NCBI GenBank assembly: GCA_951406725.2
Contig: CATOCA020000001.1
Span: 4,216,001 to 4,280,000 of the forward strand
Reading direction: 5' to 3'
Length of the DNA stretch: 64,000 bases
Origin: Octopus vulgaris
Lineage: Eukaryota
Within the stretch, counting starts at the first letter, position 1. Every line of letters starts with the position of its first letter. Shown piece after piece: positions 26,031 to 41,046 of the stretch. The translations under genes were made by a program, and so were the position numbers. Under the pieces are notes generated by a model that made no database searches, had not been told where the DNA came from, and worked only from the letters and a program-made list of their open reading frames with translations.

Positions 26031-27648
26031 ATATTTATATTATAAATTATAAAATGAATGTTCTTGAATAACGCTTAATGTTTTGCTTGATCATTATCTG
26101 TTATAATTTATGTCCCTCCGCTCAATGATCAACCACTGCATATCACCTTTCATACACAATTTCTGCACCACATTTTCCTGTTCATGCCGGTGTTTTAATG
26201 GTAAACCAAACTGAGCAGTCACACTACATACGACCTTTTACATGATTTTCTTTTGTATGAACGCTAAGATATAATATAAACTTTTATGTGGCTTTGGGGA
26301 TTGGCATGAATCGGATTTCTTCTATTTGTATGTATTTCAATTACTTGTGTAACGAACAATTGCTTCAACGAACATGGCTCGGAAAGGATTATGTGTATAT
26401 ATAAAGATGCCACTGGTTTGAGAAGTTTTGAATCGAACTAATTGACCTCTGTACTTAATTATTTAAGCATGGTACTTATTTTATCGGAGTATTATGGTGA
26501 ACCGCTAGGTTACCGGAGCGTAAACACACCAACACAGGTCATCAAGCGGTGGGACAAACACGGACACAAAGACACACACACACACACTGATAAACATACA
26601 GACAGGCATATATAGGCATAGGAGTTGCCGTAGATTAAGAAACACATGGTTCCAGGTTCAGTCCCGTTGCGTGATACCTTCACTGAGTGTCTTCTGCTAT
26701 AGCCTAGGGACGACCAAAACATTGTGAGTGGATTTCATAGATGGAAACTCAAATAAGCCCGTCGTATGTGTGTGTGTGTATTTGTGTGTCTATATTTGTC
26801 CCTCCACCATCATCTGACAACCAGTGTTGGTGTGCTTACGTCCCTATAACCTAGCGGTTCTGGAAAAGAAACTGATAGAATAATTAATAGGCTTACAAAG
26901 ATTAAGTCCTAGGGTCGATTTGTTCGACTGAAGGCGGAGCTCCAACATGGCTGCAGTCAAATGAGTGAAACAAGTAAAAGAATAGTCACAATGGGCTTCT
27001 TTCAGTTTCCATCTACCAAATCAGCTTATGAAGATTTTGAGTGTCCAATGGCTACAGTAGAAGACATGTGCGTAGTGTGCCACGCAGTGGAACTGAACCC
27101 GACACCAGATTTGGAAGCAAGCGTCTTACCACACAGCCGCGCCTAAACATGAACCCCTACACAGATTCAATCCAAGGAAACACGCATAAAGATGAGACAC
27201 TCTCCAAGCCGTTCACTTTATAATTTGTTAAAACCATTAACATGGTGTCCATTAGTGAGTAATGTTGTGTTTTGTTTATTTCTCCTACACATTGATTTCA
27301 AATTTTGGAACAACACCAGCAATTTTGGGGTAGGGAGTAAGTTGATTACATCGACCCCAGTACATAACTGATGTTGATTTCATCGACCCCGAAAGGATAA
27401 AAGGCAAAGACAACCTCGGCGGAATATTTCTACTTAATATTTAATATTATTACGGTCATACATTTTAGAAATTTGGTGTTAAAACAGAAATTCTTCTATT
27501 TGGAGATGGTCGTCTGTTGCCAATGAAAACACACGCAATATATATTTGATCTTCACTTTATTATCATTATTATTATTAATGTTGTTGATTTTGTTGTTGT
27601 TGGTATTGGTACGTTGGGCGAAGCGCTTAGAAGTATTTCGTCTGCATG

Positions 27649-27990
27649 AAGGCGGCGAGCTGGCAGGGACGTTAGCACGTCGGGCGAAATGCTTAATAGG
27701 ATTTCGTCTGCGGTTACATTCTGAGTTCAAATTCCGCCGAGGTCGACATTGCCTTTCATCCTTTCGGAGTCGATTAAATAAGTACCAGTTACGCACTGGT
27801 GTCGATATGATCAACTTAATCCGTTTGTCAGTCCTTCTTTGTCCTCTCTATGTTTAGCCCCTTGTGGGTAGTAAAGGTATTTCGTTTGTCTTTACGTTCT
27901 GAGTTCAAATTCCGTCGAGGTCGACTTTCCCTTTCATCCTTTCGGAGACGATAAATTAAGTACCAGTTACACACTGGGATCGATGTAATG
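27649..27990 (+). mobile_element. SINE family 2 (ggcggcgagctggcag...gagttcaaattccgccgaggtcgac); other copies ~14640-14780(-), 15470-15650(-), 27300-27425(-), 30968-31180(+)
   Basis: Recurrent tRNA-like head with B-box gagttcaaattcc. Confidence 0.8.
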
Positions 27991-28009
27991 GACTTCTGCT
28001 TCCAGTAGA

Positions 28010-28116
<107 letters not shown>

Positions 28117-28188
28117 TTATCATTATTATTATCATTATTATTATTATGATTATTATTATTATGATTATGATTATTATTATTATTACTG

Positions 28189-28718
28189 AGTGAGAGAGCA
28201 GTGCATGCCATCAAAGTGACACTGGGATAAAATATACGAAGCCCAGTATACCCATCATGACTACCCGTCTGATAAAGGTAAACTAGGCACATGCATCACA
28301 ACCATATGTGCGCGACATGGTGATCTCATATCAAGATAAGCAGCACATGACCTTGCAGGTGGGGCGCCAGTTAGAATTTTCTTCTGGTCGAGTAACCCAT
28401 CCCGCTCAAAAGGTCCGTGAATAAGGGTTGTTTAAGGATGTTGAATGAAACACCCAAGTTTCCAGAGGTGAATTATTCAAACCCCAAAGAATCCCTCTCA
28501 ACACATGGCTATGATGCTCCCCCACTACTTCTGCTCGTGATCAGAGATGCACATATCGTCAGTCACTGAGGGACATGCTCAACTGGTTAAGGTCAAACAA
28601 CTGACAAGCAAATCTGTGGTATTGAGCAGAATATTTGCTGTAGCCCATCTTTTATACCAAGACAAAACAATGTACATGATAACACTTCCAATCAGTCAAG
28701 ATCAGTAGCCATGAGAGC

Positions 28719-28720
<2 letters not shown>
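28189..28720. mobile_element. Interspersed repeat embedded in (TTA)n; shorter copy at 18679-18905
   Basis: Shared gtgagagagcagt...aaagtgacactggg...cccgctcaaaagg sequence, next to TTA repeats in both copies. Confidence 0.7.
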
Positions 28721-28781
<61 letters not shown>

Positions 28782-28808
28782 GACTATTATTATTATATTT
28801 TTATTATT

Positions 28809-28844
<36 letters not shown>

Positions 28845-28852
28845 ACATTATC

Positions 28853-28884
<32 letters not shown>

Positions 28885-28887
<3 letters not shown>

Positions 28888-30921
28888 TTTTTTTCTTCTT
28901 TCAAATTTCTTCCATTTCTTGCCGAGTGTCTTCCCGACTCCTAGGGCAAAGAAACTCATAGTGTATATTGGTAGGCCATTAAACCAAACTCAGTAGTTCG
29001 TTCGTTCATTTTTTTTTTTTTTTTAAGTTAAATTAAAATACATGAGCAGCAACAGTTCTCACATCGACAATGTTCTTCTCAATACGTGTGATGCACCAGT
29101 TAAGACAATCTTTTGCACTTCTTGCAGGGATGGTAAGCCAGGGATCATTCTCATATAATTTTCGGTTCCCTTCTTGATCATTCCTAGTGCTCCTACGATC
29201 ACTGGTATTGTAACCGCCTTGAGATGCCACATTTTCTCAATTTCAATGAGTAGGTCTTTATATTTTCTGAGCTTGTCAAACTCTTTCGCTGAGATATTAT
29301 GATCACAGGGGATGCTCATGTCGATCAATAAGCAAACTTTATTGTTTTGGTCTTTCACAACAATATCTGGTTTATTGGCCTTGATGGTTCGGTCTGTATG
29401 TACTGGAAAGTCCCACAGAATGGTTACATTTTCTCCTTCAGTTACAGCCTCAGGGTGGTGATTATACCACTTGTCGGCAGTTTTGATATTGTAATGCCGA
29501 CTTATTAGCCAGTGGAGATATTGGCCAACTCTGTCATGTCTTAATTTATACTCCACTGGTGCTAAGACTTTACATCCAGAGATTAGGTGGTCCACTGTTT
29601 CAATCATGTCGTTGCAGAATCGGCATTTTGGGTCTGCTCCATTTTTCATCACATTGGCCTGGTAGTTCCGGGTTGATAGGCTTTGGTCTTGAGCAGCCAG
29701 GATGAAACCTTCGCTCTCTGCTTTTAGCCCTGAGCTCCGCAGCCACTGATGGGTTTGCTTCTGGTCAACATCAGCTTGTTTGCTGCGGGTCACATATTTG
29801 CCGTGCAGAGGTTTCTCCTCCCACCTATCAGCCAATTGCTCGTGCGCTTTTTTCATTGCCATCATTTTCACCTTCTTTGCAACAATAGTTGCCGTACTTC
29901 CCTCGGGTTGTTCAGTTTGGGTATCCTGCACGAGATCAATAGCAAATTTTTTGCTTTCCTTGATGATAGAATGAAGCTTCTTTCGTCTCTCGTGATTTTC
30001 CACGAGCTTTAGCATCCAGTCATTCGATATTTCGAGATATTTGGCCAGTCCAATTGTGGTTGTTTTGTAAGCTAGTTCAAATTGGATCAGGCCTCGACCT
30101 TCTTGGGCTCTGGGAAAGTAAAGGCGATCTACGTCTGCCTTTGGGTGGTGCATCCTATTACAACTCAGCAGCTTGCGTATTTTTCTATCTATATTCTTTA
30201 CTTCACTCATATTCCAGTTCAACACATTGTAGTAATAAGTAACAACTGGAACTGCTAGGGAATTTATAGCTAACACCTTGTTACGTGCATTTAGTTCAGA
30301 TTTCAGGACTGCACGAACTCTCCTATAACATTCCTTCCTGATTTTCTCTTTCATGCTTGCATGCTGAATACCAGAGCCTTCATTTATCCCTAAATATTTG
30401 TATGTTTGTTCTTGCTCAAGCTCTCTTATGACTGTGTCAACATCTAACACGACTGAATTTGTGGTCTTCACTTTCCCTTTCTGGAAAGTGGCCTTGGCAC
30501 ACTTCTCAAGTCCAAACTCCATCCCGATGTCATCGCTGAATGCTTTCACGGTGCGCAATAGGCCTTCAAGTTCATTATTGTCTTTACCATAAAGTTTTAA
30601 GTCATCCATACAAAATAGATAGCTTATTTTTTTATTGGCAATTTTATACCCATACCCTGTTCTGTTTATTTCACTTGTAAGGGGTATTAGGGCTATGCAG
30701 AATATTAAAGGTGAAAGTGAGTCACCTTGAAAAATTCCACAGTTGATGTTTATATTTTCTGAGGCAAGTACTCCATTAGAGTGGTATAATTGGAGATTCG
30801 TATTCCACAACGACATATTGTGCTTCAGGAAGTTTGAAATCACAGGGGAAATTTTGAAGATGTCCAGCGATCTCAAGATCCATGGATGCGGTATACTGCC
30901 GAAGGCCTTTTTATAGTCAAT
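28885..30921 (-). mobile_element. 5'-truncated R4/Dong-like non-LTR retrotransposon (RT + CCHC + restriction-like endonuclease), ORF 29059-30876
   Basis: GIFQGDSLSP, CMDD (YMDD mutated), CRFC..ETVDHLISGC, RHD, KPDIVV..LIDMSIP..K..KY; flanked on both sides by (TTA)n. Confidence 0.92.
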
Positions 30922-30922
30922 C

Positions 30923-30956
<34 letters not shown>

Positions 30957-31180
30957 TATCATTATTAAGGCGGAGAGCTGGCAGAATCGTTAGCATTTCG
31001 GGCAAAATGCTTGGTGATATTTCATCCATCATTAGTTTCTGAGTTCAAATTCCCCCGAGGTCAACTTCGCATTTCCTCATTTCGAGGTCTATAAATTAAA
31101 TACCAGTTCTGTACTAGGGGTATGTAATCGACTAACTCACTACCTAAAATATTTCAGGCCTTGTGCCTATAGTAAAAGGG

Positions 31181-31436
31181 TAAAGACCCCCTTCGGTCAT
31201 GAATGACCATGGGATTGCACCTAGAAAGTTACCCTCCTAGACACAAGTCCGGGCAAGGTTGTTTATGGAAGACCAGCAGTCGCCCATGCATACCGGCCTC
31301 CCCTCTCCACGCCACCAGTATTATCCAAGGGAAAGACAAAGGCCGATACAGCTTGGCACCTGTGACGTCGCAACTCATTTCTACAGTTGAGTGAACTGGA
31401 GCAACGTGAAATAAAGTGCCTTGCTCAAGAACACAT
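31181..31436 (-). mobile_element. SINE fragment with LINE-like tail
   Basis: gtgttcttgagcaaggcactttatttcacgttgctccagttcactc core on the minus strand. Confidence 0.55.
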
Positions 31437-31458
31437 ATAGTAGGAATGACTATTATTA

Positions 31459-31510
<52 letters not shown>

Positions 31511-31834
31511 TAGTTTAAATTCTTTCGTCTCATACACTATCACCTCAGCGACTCTCTGCTACGCCTATTTCTTCTTATCCCGCTTATTTCATATTAAAAA
31601 TAATGTCTACTTATCTACTGTTTGTCAAGTGGATTGTTTATCAAATAATTTATACTCGGAACAATTGTACATATTTCTCTGGTTAAAACGGAATTTCCCA
31701 CTTGGTGCGGCTAAATATTTTAGTAATTCTTTGAATGAATATACGCACATACACAACACACACACATATATGTGTGTGTGTGTGTGTGTGTTGTGTGTGT
31801 ATGTATATATATATATATATATATACACACACAT

Positions 31835-31871
<37 letters not shown>

Positions 31872-31936
31872 CATTATAGAAATATGTTACAGAAAGAAAA
31901 TGTAAAATACCCGTGGAAATGTAATGATAAAATATG

Positions 31937-32023
<87 letters not shown>

Positions 32024-32239
32024 GAGAGAGAGAGAGACTTTTAGTGGGGGGCAACCAGATCGAACCATCTCAAGTGTAACTGCCCGAGATGGTCGTGTCC
32101 TCTGGGACTTGACTGAGGAAAGAAAGCCATGAATGAGCCGTTTTTTTGCCTGTCCTCCTAATCAGTGTTTCTCTTGTCCGCCTTTTTATCGTCTGAATCT
32201 TTTATTGTCCTCTATTGCGATTTTTTTATCACATGTATA

Positions 32240-32270
<31 letters not shown>

Positions 32271-32596
32271 CTATCTATCAATCTATTTATAGAAGTTTCT
32301 GTTTGTTTATCTGTCTAATTATTTTTCGAATTATCTCTCTCTCTTTCTCTCTTTCTTTCTTTTTTCTTCCTCTCTCTCTCCTTCTCTCTCTCTCTCTCTC
32401 TCTGTTCCAACTTTCATTTTCTCTGACTTTTTTTCTCCTTCTCTCTTCCTCTCTTTCTCTCTTTCTCTCATCGTGTTGCTATTTTCAGTGTGCTGGTGCT
32501 CCTCATAGGACCTTTAATTATTAATTAATGATGCTTTACCTTATGGGATTGTTTTTACGCGTGCTTGCCATTTGATATTATTGTAAGCAATAATAT

Positions 32597-32633
<37 letters not shown>

Positions 32634-35600
32634 CTAATACACAGGTGTGTATGATTGTGTATGGAAGAATACATTACTGAAAGAAATTCCAACTTTGATT
32701 TTCATGATTTATTTACAATCTTATAATAATATATAAGATAAGAATTACATAATGAAGGGATAGAATATCAAATATCCACTCTGATTGAACTAGTACTTTC
32801 ATGCATTCTTCAAGTTGTATAAAAGTAGTTATTGTCTGCATCATTCGAAAGAGAAATAAATTTTGCATAAGGTGTAAAAGATAGAGAGGATCTGTATGGT
32901 GTTAGTAGCAAAATATTTTGTTAGAAATAGGACTATTATTATCGGTCTTAAATTTAATTTCGCCAGTGTAGATATGTGTGTGTATAAATATTAATTGTAC
33001 ATCTTAACAGGAAAGTAGCAAAGATTGTTTTACCTCGATAATGCCCGTTCCAAAAATGACTTCAATTTTAATTTTTTACACAAATGAAATAGGGTTTCTC
33101 CACTAATCTGAATATACTATTACCTCATGAAAGTTTATTGTCTCATTTTGCGACTTGTGTCGGATAAGAATACTGACCGAAGTACACAATTGCTATAACC
33201 CGTTATGTGTTTTTTTAACGGCAGTGTCAGTATTTTCTGTCGATGTATGCGATTCGCTGTATTTTAATATCCGGAAAATAAATCCATTTTCCAGCAATTC
33301 ACCATTCCTCCACGACGCAAAGTAATATGAGATGAGGTGTCTTGCTTAAGAACGCAATACAACTCCCGCTCCGGGAATTGAAACCGCGATCTCGTTATCG
33401 AGAATGCAACACCATTAACAGCGTGGTCATACGCATGGGACACCAATTATATTATTAAACATGGTACATGACATCTGTAGGCGTGACAGCATCCCAGAAA
33501 TCCTTCTTTTCTACTAGGCGTTTTCCTGAAGCAACACCCACTGAATTTTCATGGAACCCCAAAAAGATCTGAGCGTTACTCCTAAGAGATGTCTCTTGTC
33601 AAATAACGATATGGCGTTGTATCATGTAATGATAGAAAGTCTGACGCAGAAAATTGCAGAGTTTGATGTGGTGATACAAAGTCTGAGACTGAGGCCAATT
33701 TTAGGTTCATATCTTTGTTTGATTGTTTTTGTTGTGTTTTACTTTGGGTGTTGTTGTCGACGTTGTTGTTTGCCTTGAATGATCGTAATTTTGCACAAAG
33801 GCATTCCAACTATAACCAACTAAATTTTTTTTATTCCAACATTAGCAACCATGCCCTCCATTGTGTAAAATAAGAGTGTGTGATTGGAAAGAGATTTCGC
33901 AGCTATTTCCAGATGTTTGATGGAAAACATTATAAATATATCTGCGTCACAAGCCAATGTTTCCTGAATGAATAAAGCTATGATCAGAGGATATCCAGTC
34001 GTCATCTTCCCATCCATTTAGTTATATAGCATTGTGTCCGGTCTCTAGGTGAGCAGGGTTTTCCTTGATTTCAATTGCTTAAGTACACATGCAACTAAAA
34101 ACCCATAGCACACTGTGTGTATACTACTAAATACATGCTTGTAAACTCCTCAGATCTGAGTGATTCGCCACCTTCCCGTCCCCGCAGGACTTTCCAATAA
34201 AAAATAAGTTGTACAGTTAAAAAGTATACAGCTTAAATAAAAAATATAATATTAAACAAGAATATCCAAGCAAAATAAACGGCAATGCCTGTACACAATG
34301 CCTGTACACAAATTTACAAGTTGCTTTGCAGCGTTTCCGTCGTCTATTCGCGTTCTGAGTTCCTTTCCTGTCGAACTCCCCTTTGCCTTTCATTTCTCAG
34401 AGGTGCTAAAATCCAATTAGTAGACTGTCCACTTCCTCCACAAAACAACAACCACTGGCCTTGTACCTGAGCCAGAGACAACATTATATGAGCGGCAATC
34501 TAGGATTTCAGGACAAAGAATTGCTACGCGGTGTCATATGTAATCATGTATGGTTATATAAAGATGCATCAGGATATATACATACACAAACACGCACAAA
34601 TATATGTGCGTGTATGTGTGTGTGTGTGTAAATGTACCTGTGTGTGTTTGAGTATGTGAATGTGTGCAATTATGTACGTTTCTGTATATATATAAATATA
34701 TATATATATATATGCATAGGCTTAGGAGTGTCTGTGTGGTAAGTAGCTTGTTTACCAATCACATGGTTCCGGGTTCAGTCCCACAGCGTGGCACTTTAGG
34801 CAAGTGTCTTCTACTATAGCCTCGGGTCGACCAAAGCCCTGTGAGTGGATTTGGTAGACAGAAACTGGAAGAAGCCCGTCGTATATATGTATAAATATAT
34901 ATGTGTGTGTGTGTCTATATGTTTGTATGTGTTATTTTATTGCTCACTTTTGCCGATCCGCTATGTTAAGAGAGTTGTAAATAAAAGACATGCTGCCAAG
35001 CTGTGAATGGAGAATAAACATACACACATATGTCTTATTTTATTGGTCACTTTTTCCGATCCGCTATGTTAAGGAGGGTGTCATGTTTGCCTGGAACCAA
35101 ATGCTCACCGAAAAATGATCGTCAGGAAAAACGTTATTGTATTAAGTGTCATATTTCTAGAAGGATAGTGAGAGAGGGAAAAATAAATCATATATATATG
35201 TGTGTATATATAAATGATAAATATTAAAATAAAAGTAACAAAAATTGGTTTACCTTTATAACGCCGGCTCCAAATATTACTTCAGTTTGAATTTTTTACA
35301 GAAACGAAATAAGTTTTATCCACTTATCTAAATAATCTATGGCCTCATATAATTTTTTTGTCTCACGTCGCAGCTGCTATCCGATAAGCATATTTAATGA
35401 AATACCCTGTTGTAATAATTCTCTATATTTTTTAAAACGAGAGTGGCAGTATTTTACCTTGATGTATGTGATTGGCTGAAATTCTTTAATATCCGGAAAA
35501 TGAATCCATTTTCAAGCTAGTCACCATTCCTACACGTCAAGTGTTGAAATGGTTGCTGTGTAACATTAGTTGAAGTGTTTTGCGCGCCATAGGCCTCTCG

Positions 35601-36525
35601 GTCCTGTATATGAATTCACGAACTTGTTATCGTGAATAGCATCCCTAATCACGACTTCATGTGTTCTCGACTTTTATTATATTACCAAAACTTTATTTTT
35701 CATATGTCCTGACAACACCCAGAGAATATTCTTATCTACTTGACACATTTCTAAAACAAACGCCATTGTTTTTATCGATGATTGGGATGGCGATATCTGC
35801 TCAAAGACACGACCTCATCTCACTAGTTACTAAAATGCAAACCCGACGAACTTTCCTCGTTTCCCAGAATATATTTCAGTTGGTTGTAAAGTATGCTTGT
35901 TGTTCACTGGCGGCAAGACTATGACCACAGGCGTTTCGGTCATGATCACCCCGTCGATTTACTTATTTTGCAATGTGCGTTGTGTTCTATCCTTGGTTAA
36001 GACGGTAGAGAGTGAGACAATGGAATATCATTGTCTCAAATGCCTACGACAGGGCTGATAGCGCAAATGTTCAAGTAATGGACATTCATTAGTCCTGAAA
36101 CCTACATCTTCAATAATTATTGTAATACATCACATAAAGTGGATGTTAATTTCCATAGCTCTCTCCGAAATATAAGTCCGACCTTACTATCAAGATAAAC
36201 CATCAATTTATTAAATAACATCTAGGACTGAATTATTCTGCTACTTGCAGAAGAATGAATGTGATATTCTACGTGGTTTACTCTCCATGTGTGTTTAGCA
36301 TATTGTAACTTTCATGTACATGGGTTATCTCAAGTACAACATACCCTCAAATATTTAGGGGCGTCCAGTTCACCCTGTGTAACTTGTCGCAGGACTCACA
36401 CGGCAGATGCAGGTACTAGAGGGTAAAGACGGTACTAATTCCCTAAGTTCACGTGAGCATCCGCATACCAATTTATTATTATTCCATATACAAACAACAG
36501 TTTAGATTGTGTGAGTACGTTTGTG

Positions 36526-36557
<32 letters not shown>

Positions 36558-36579
36558 TGTAAATTTATATACATATATG

Positions 36580-36638
<59 letters not shown>

Positions 36639-36772
36639 TAATATATGTATATATTAAAGTATATATTGGCGTCTAACGAATGTGTGTGTGTGTGAGTACA
36701 TGCAGAAGTGTACGGCGTTCAACATACACACACAGACACACACACACACGAACATACACACACACTCACACA

Positions 36773-36830
<58 letters not shown>

Positions 36831-37190
36831 CACACATAGGCGTAGGAGTGGCTGTATGGTAAGTAGCTTGTTTACCAACCACATGGTTCCGGGTTCAGTA
36901 CCACTGGGTGGCATCTTGGGCGAGTGTCTTGTACTATAGCCTCGGGCGATCAAAGCCTCGTGAGTGGATTTGGTAGACGGAAACTGAAGGATGCCCCGTG
37001 GTAAATATGTACATGTTTGGCCCGAGGCTATAGTAGAAAACACTTACCCAAGCTGCCACACAGTGGGACTGATCTCGGAACCAGGTGGTTGGTAAGCAAG
37101 CTACTTACCACTCAGCCACTCCTCCGCCTACAGTCTCAAAGACTGAACATTATTTTAGAATTCTCTATCTTATATTTCCTTACACGCCCC

Positions 37191-37257
<67 letters not shown>

Positions 37258-38985
37258 AAGGGTGGAAAGGAACACACGAGTTGATATATATGAAAATACA
37301 AGTCAAAAATAGAAAATGCTAAGATAATTTTATAGTGAATCTTTCAGTACCGGTTTCGGTCATTTTGAGACATTTTCAACTGTAACGATTAAATAATTAA
37401 ATTTAGAAAAATTAGAAGAAAAGTTTTTTTAAAAGAATATTTCTGTAGTAGTGTTCAGATATAAGTAGCATTCTGCCTTTCTCTGACTCCCTTGTTTGCA
37501 CTTGTGTGTTCGAGGTCGTTTTGAGTTCTTGGTGGGATAGGTGAAGAATAATGAGGCTGATGTGGAGAGGGGTGGGGAAATCTGGGAATGCCTTAATGGT
37601 CGTATTTTGAATGGTCAGTGGCTGACAGTGGCTGACAGTAGTCGCAGTTCAATTCAGGAATTGTTTATGGAATTTGCGTAGGCGTTATACTGAAAGACAT
37701 TAGTGACAAGGTTAAGGGGTGGAAGGTGGAGAAGTAGAAGAAGAAGAAGATGACGATGTTGATGATGATGATGATGAAGAAGAAGAAGAAGAAGAAGAAG
37801 AAGAAGGAGAAGGAGAAGATGGTGGTGATGATGGTGGTGATGATGATGACGACGATGATGATGATAATGATGATGATGAAGAAGAAGAGGAAGAAGAAGA
37901 AAAAAAACAGAGAAGGGAGAATATGAATGGGTGTAAGTATAGCTTTGATGGGGCTGATTAGTAATGGATTCTATGGAGTGTAATATTTGTGTGTGTATAT
38001 ATTTCTTTTATTCTAAAGTTGAGGTATATTAATTGTTTGTCGTAGACCCGTTAAGAAGTGGCTTGTATTTTGTAATAAAGAGATTTTCTTTACTTATTCG
38101 TTGTCTCGAGGTTGTATCGTCCCTAAATTGGTAGAGGGGGTAAGTTCTGAAGTTTGGTGTATTTTTGTTGGCGCAAGTATCTATGTGTTGGCTAAAAGCT
38201 ATTTTTCTGTTTTGGGGAATTTTTATCTGGGATCTGTGCAGGGCCATTCGTTTACGCAAACCATTTTTTGTTTGGCCTATGTACTGCTCTTGACACCCGG
38301 AGCAGGTTAGTGAGTATATTAGGTTCTCCGAAGCACATGTGAAGTTGCTTTTCACTGTAAACCGTTGTCCCTGTTTGAAGGAGAACTCTGATCCCTCAAT
38401 TAGATAGTCGCATATCCTGCAATTGGGTCTTCCACATTTTTTTACTGTCGGCTTCTGTGTTGAAGAGTGAATTCGGGCTTGTGTAAGGAGACTTTTCATG
38501 GATCTAGGCTGTCTTTTGCTTTTTATGATCGTGTGTGTTTGGAGGATTGTGTTCATTCTGTGGTCTTTTTTTAGGAGGGGTATGTTGTGGAGGATGGTGT
38601 CGAAGGCTTCGTTATTGAGAGGGTTGTGTGTGGAGATGTATGGTAAGGCTTTTGGTTGTAAGTTTTTCTTTGATTTGGGATGTCTCAGTTCCTTGATGTT
38701 AAGTTGAAGGGCACGTTGAATGCACTTGTCAATAAGTGAAGGTGGATAGTTCCTGGTGATAAGGGTATCACACAAGTGCAAACAAGGGAGTCAGAGAAAG
38801 GCAGAATGCTACTTATATCTGAACACTACTACAGAAATATTCTTTTAAAAAAACTTTTCTTCTAATTTTTCTAAATTTAATTATTTAATCGTTACAGTTG
38901 AAAAGGTCTCAACATGACCGAAACCGTTCCTGAAAGATTCACTATAAAATCATCTTAGCATTTTCTATTTTTGACTTGTTTTTTC

Positions 38986-38993
<8 letters not shown>
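37258..38993 (-). mobile_element. 5'-truncated Penelope-like element (GIY-YIG endonuclease ORF 38029-38781) with inverted pLTR copy
   Basis: CGRPNCRIC, NLIYSLTC..C..QYIGQT..LRKRM..H, E..FI....PLLN; ~225-bp inverted arms 37284-37508 / 38769-38993; inserted in a (TA)n that is uninterrupted in the sister units. Confidence 0.92.
37345..37382 (-). ncRNA. Minimal hammerhead-ribozyme motif (U3:A8 core variant) in the Penelope pLTR; inverted copy 38895-38932(+)
   Basis: cag-TTGAAAA-(t/g)gtc..gacc-GAAA-ccgg-TA-ctg; each copy has different lesions. Confidence 0.6.
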
Positions 38994-39043
<50 letters not shown>

Positions 39044-39368
39044 ATATATATATCTCTATATATATATCACCTTTTAGCTGAAGGCAGAGATTTATTGTAC
39101 AGATTAAATTAAAGTATATGAAGAAGACAAGCTTTATATATTTTATTTCAGGAAAAATTGATTCACAAATTTTTAATTTCCTTGAAATATAAAAATCCAA
39201 GACATTTTCCTTCGTTTAAATTTATCAACTATTTTTGAGGTTCTTTAAAAACATATAAACATTCTCTTGTAAACATACATGAATTCCTGGACACAATTTT
39301 TATTGTTTATAAAATGATTTGAGACAAGCAGCTCAACTGTGTATATAAAAGTATATATGTTCGTGTTC

Positions 39369-39401
<33 letters not shown>

Positions 39402-41046
39402 TGTATGTATGTATGTATGTATGTATGTATGCATGTATGTCTGTGTATGTATGTGTGTATGTATGTGTGTATGTGTGTATGTATGTATGTATGTATGTGT
39501 GTATGTATGTATGTATGTATGTATGTATGTATGTGAAATATATAAAAATTTATATAATGATCAAGCTATAAAAATATTCTATATATAAAAATTAGTGAGA
39601 AGGCAGATATACAGTAAAAATATAATTAGACATTTATTGGATGGCTTTTGATTCTCAAGAGTTCCTCCGCTCTTTAACGGGTTATTTTTTTCATGTCCAA
39701 TAAACACCCTCCTCACCAAGCAAGCTTCGTGTACGTATGTATGTATGTATAGAAAATCCATCATTGAAGCATGCTGTAAATGTGTTAGTACCTGATAAAC
39801 TTGCTACATTTCCGAATATAGTAGTTCCACAAATAGATACACTGAAAATATGCACAGACCTACAGAGAAATACTGGGGTTCATATGATCCATCGAACATA
39901 CCAAGTTAATTGTCCTGGATGGCCATGCTTCAATGATTAAAACATCTAACTCCCATATTATATAGCTTGAAATCTCTCCACTGCCACCACCATTTAGTCT
40001 GTTAATTTATATCCATCTACAAACGTCACACTAACCCTTCAATTATTATTCATGTCTTTCTTTCTCATCTACAATCTACACTTTTACATAATTATTTCCA
40101 TTTCTCTTTCAATTTACTGGACAATTCCACAGAATTCATCAATAATATTTCGAAATTTAACAAATTATGATAGATTATTTTTCTCAAATACAATACTTAA
40201 ATGTAATCTATAAAACTATAATCTTTTTAAACTTAATTGTATGTTTAACATAATTTAATTCTTATCCAGTAACACTATGGCCAAAGGCGTTCTAACCATG
40301 ACCTTCCCATATTCTTTTTTATCTAATATGTTAACCTCACGATTATGATAGATTATTTTTCTCAAATACAATACTTAAATGTAATCTATAAAACTATAAT
40401 CTTTTTAAACTTAATTGTATGTTTAACATAATTTAATTCTTATCCAGTAACACTATGGCCAAAGGCGTTCTAACCATGACCTTCCCATATTCTTTATTAT
40501 CTAATATGTTTACCTCGCGCTGCATTTTAGAGATCCATTGTTGATTCATATTACTGTTTACAATTACTCAAATTATAAAATTGAAATAAAATCATTAAAA
40601 AAATTTCATTGATTGAAAGACGAAAGGGAAACATATAGTAGAGTTGTTAATGTAACTCTTTGTATTCTGGGTTCAAATCCTGCTAAAAAAAATATCATTC
40701 TGAAGTGGTGGTCTTCTGGAATTAGATATTGGATGCGATGCATTGCAGTATTTAATGTAGTCCTATATTTCATGAGTTGAAATCCCTATATTAATGTAGA
40801 CCTATATTTTATGAGTTGAAATGCGTGGTTGGTAAAATTCTCGCTGACTAAGCTTTGAAAAAAAGACGTTATCAAAAGTTTTTTTTTTAAATTTCACTCG
40901 AAAGTTAGAAATCCAGTGTTAACTACCTAAAATATTGTATCATTAGATGAACATTTCCAGTTTTTTAATTACCATCAAAAAGATTTTACAAAGATATAAC
41001 CAAATTATATTTTATATTATATTCTGGAAAGGAAGAGATTCTTTAC

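Noticed and set aside
33034-33107. Ankyrin-like reading ISGETLFHLCKKLKLKSFLERALS
   Set aside because: The same frame has several stops in the two paralogues and another frame fits all three copies at least as well; probably chance.
40164-40520. 178-bp local tandem duplication in one array unit
   Set aside because: Real but non-coding and without further structure; ordinary slippage or unequal exchange.
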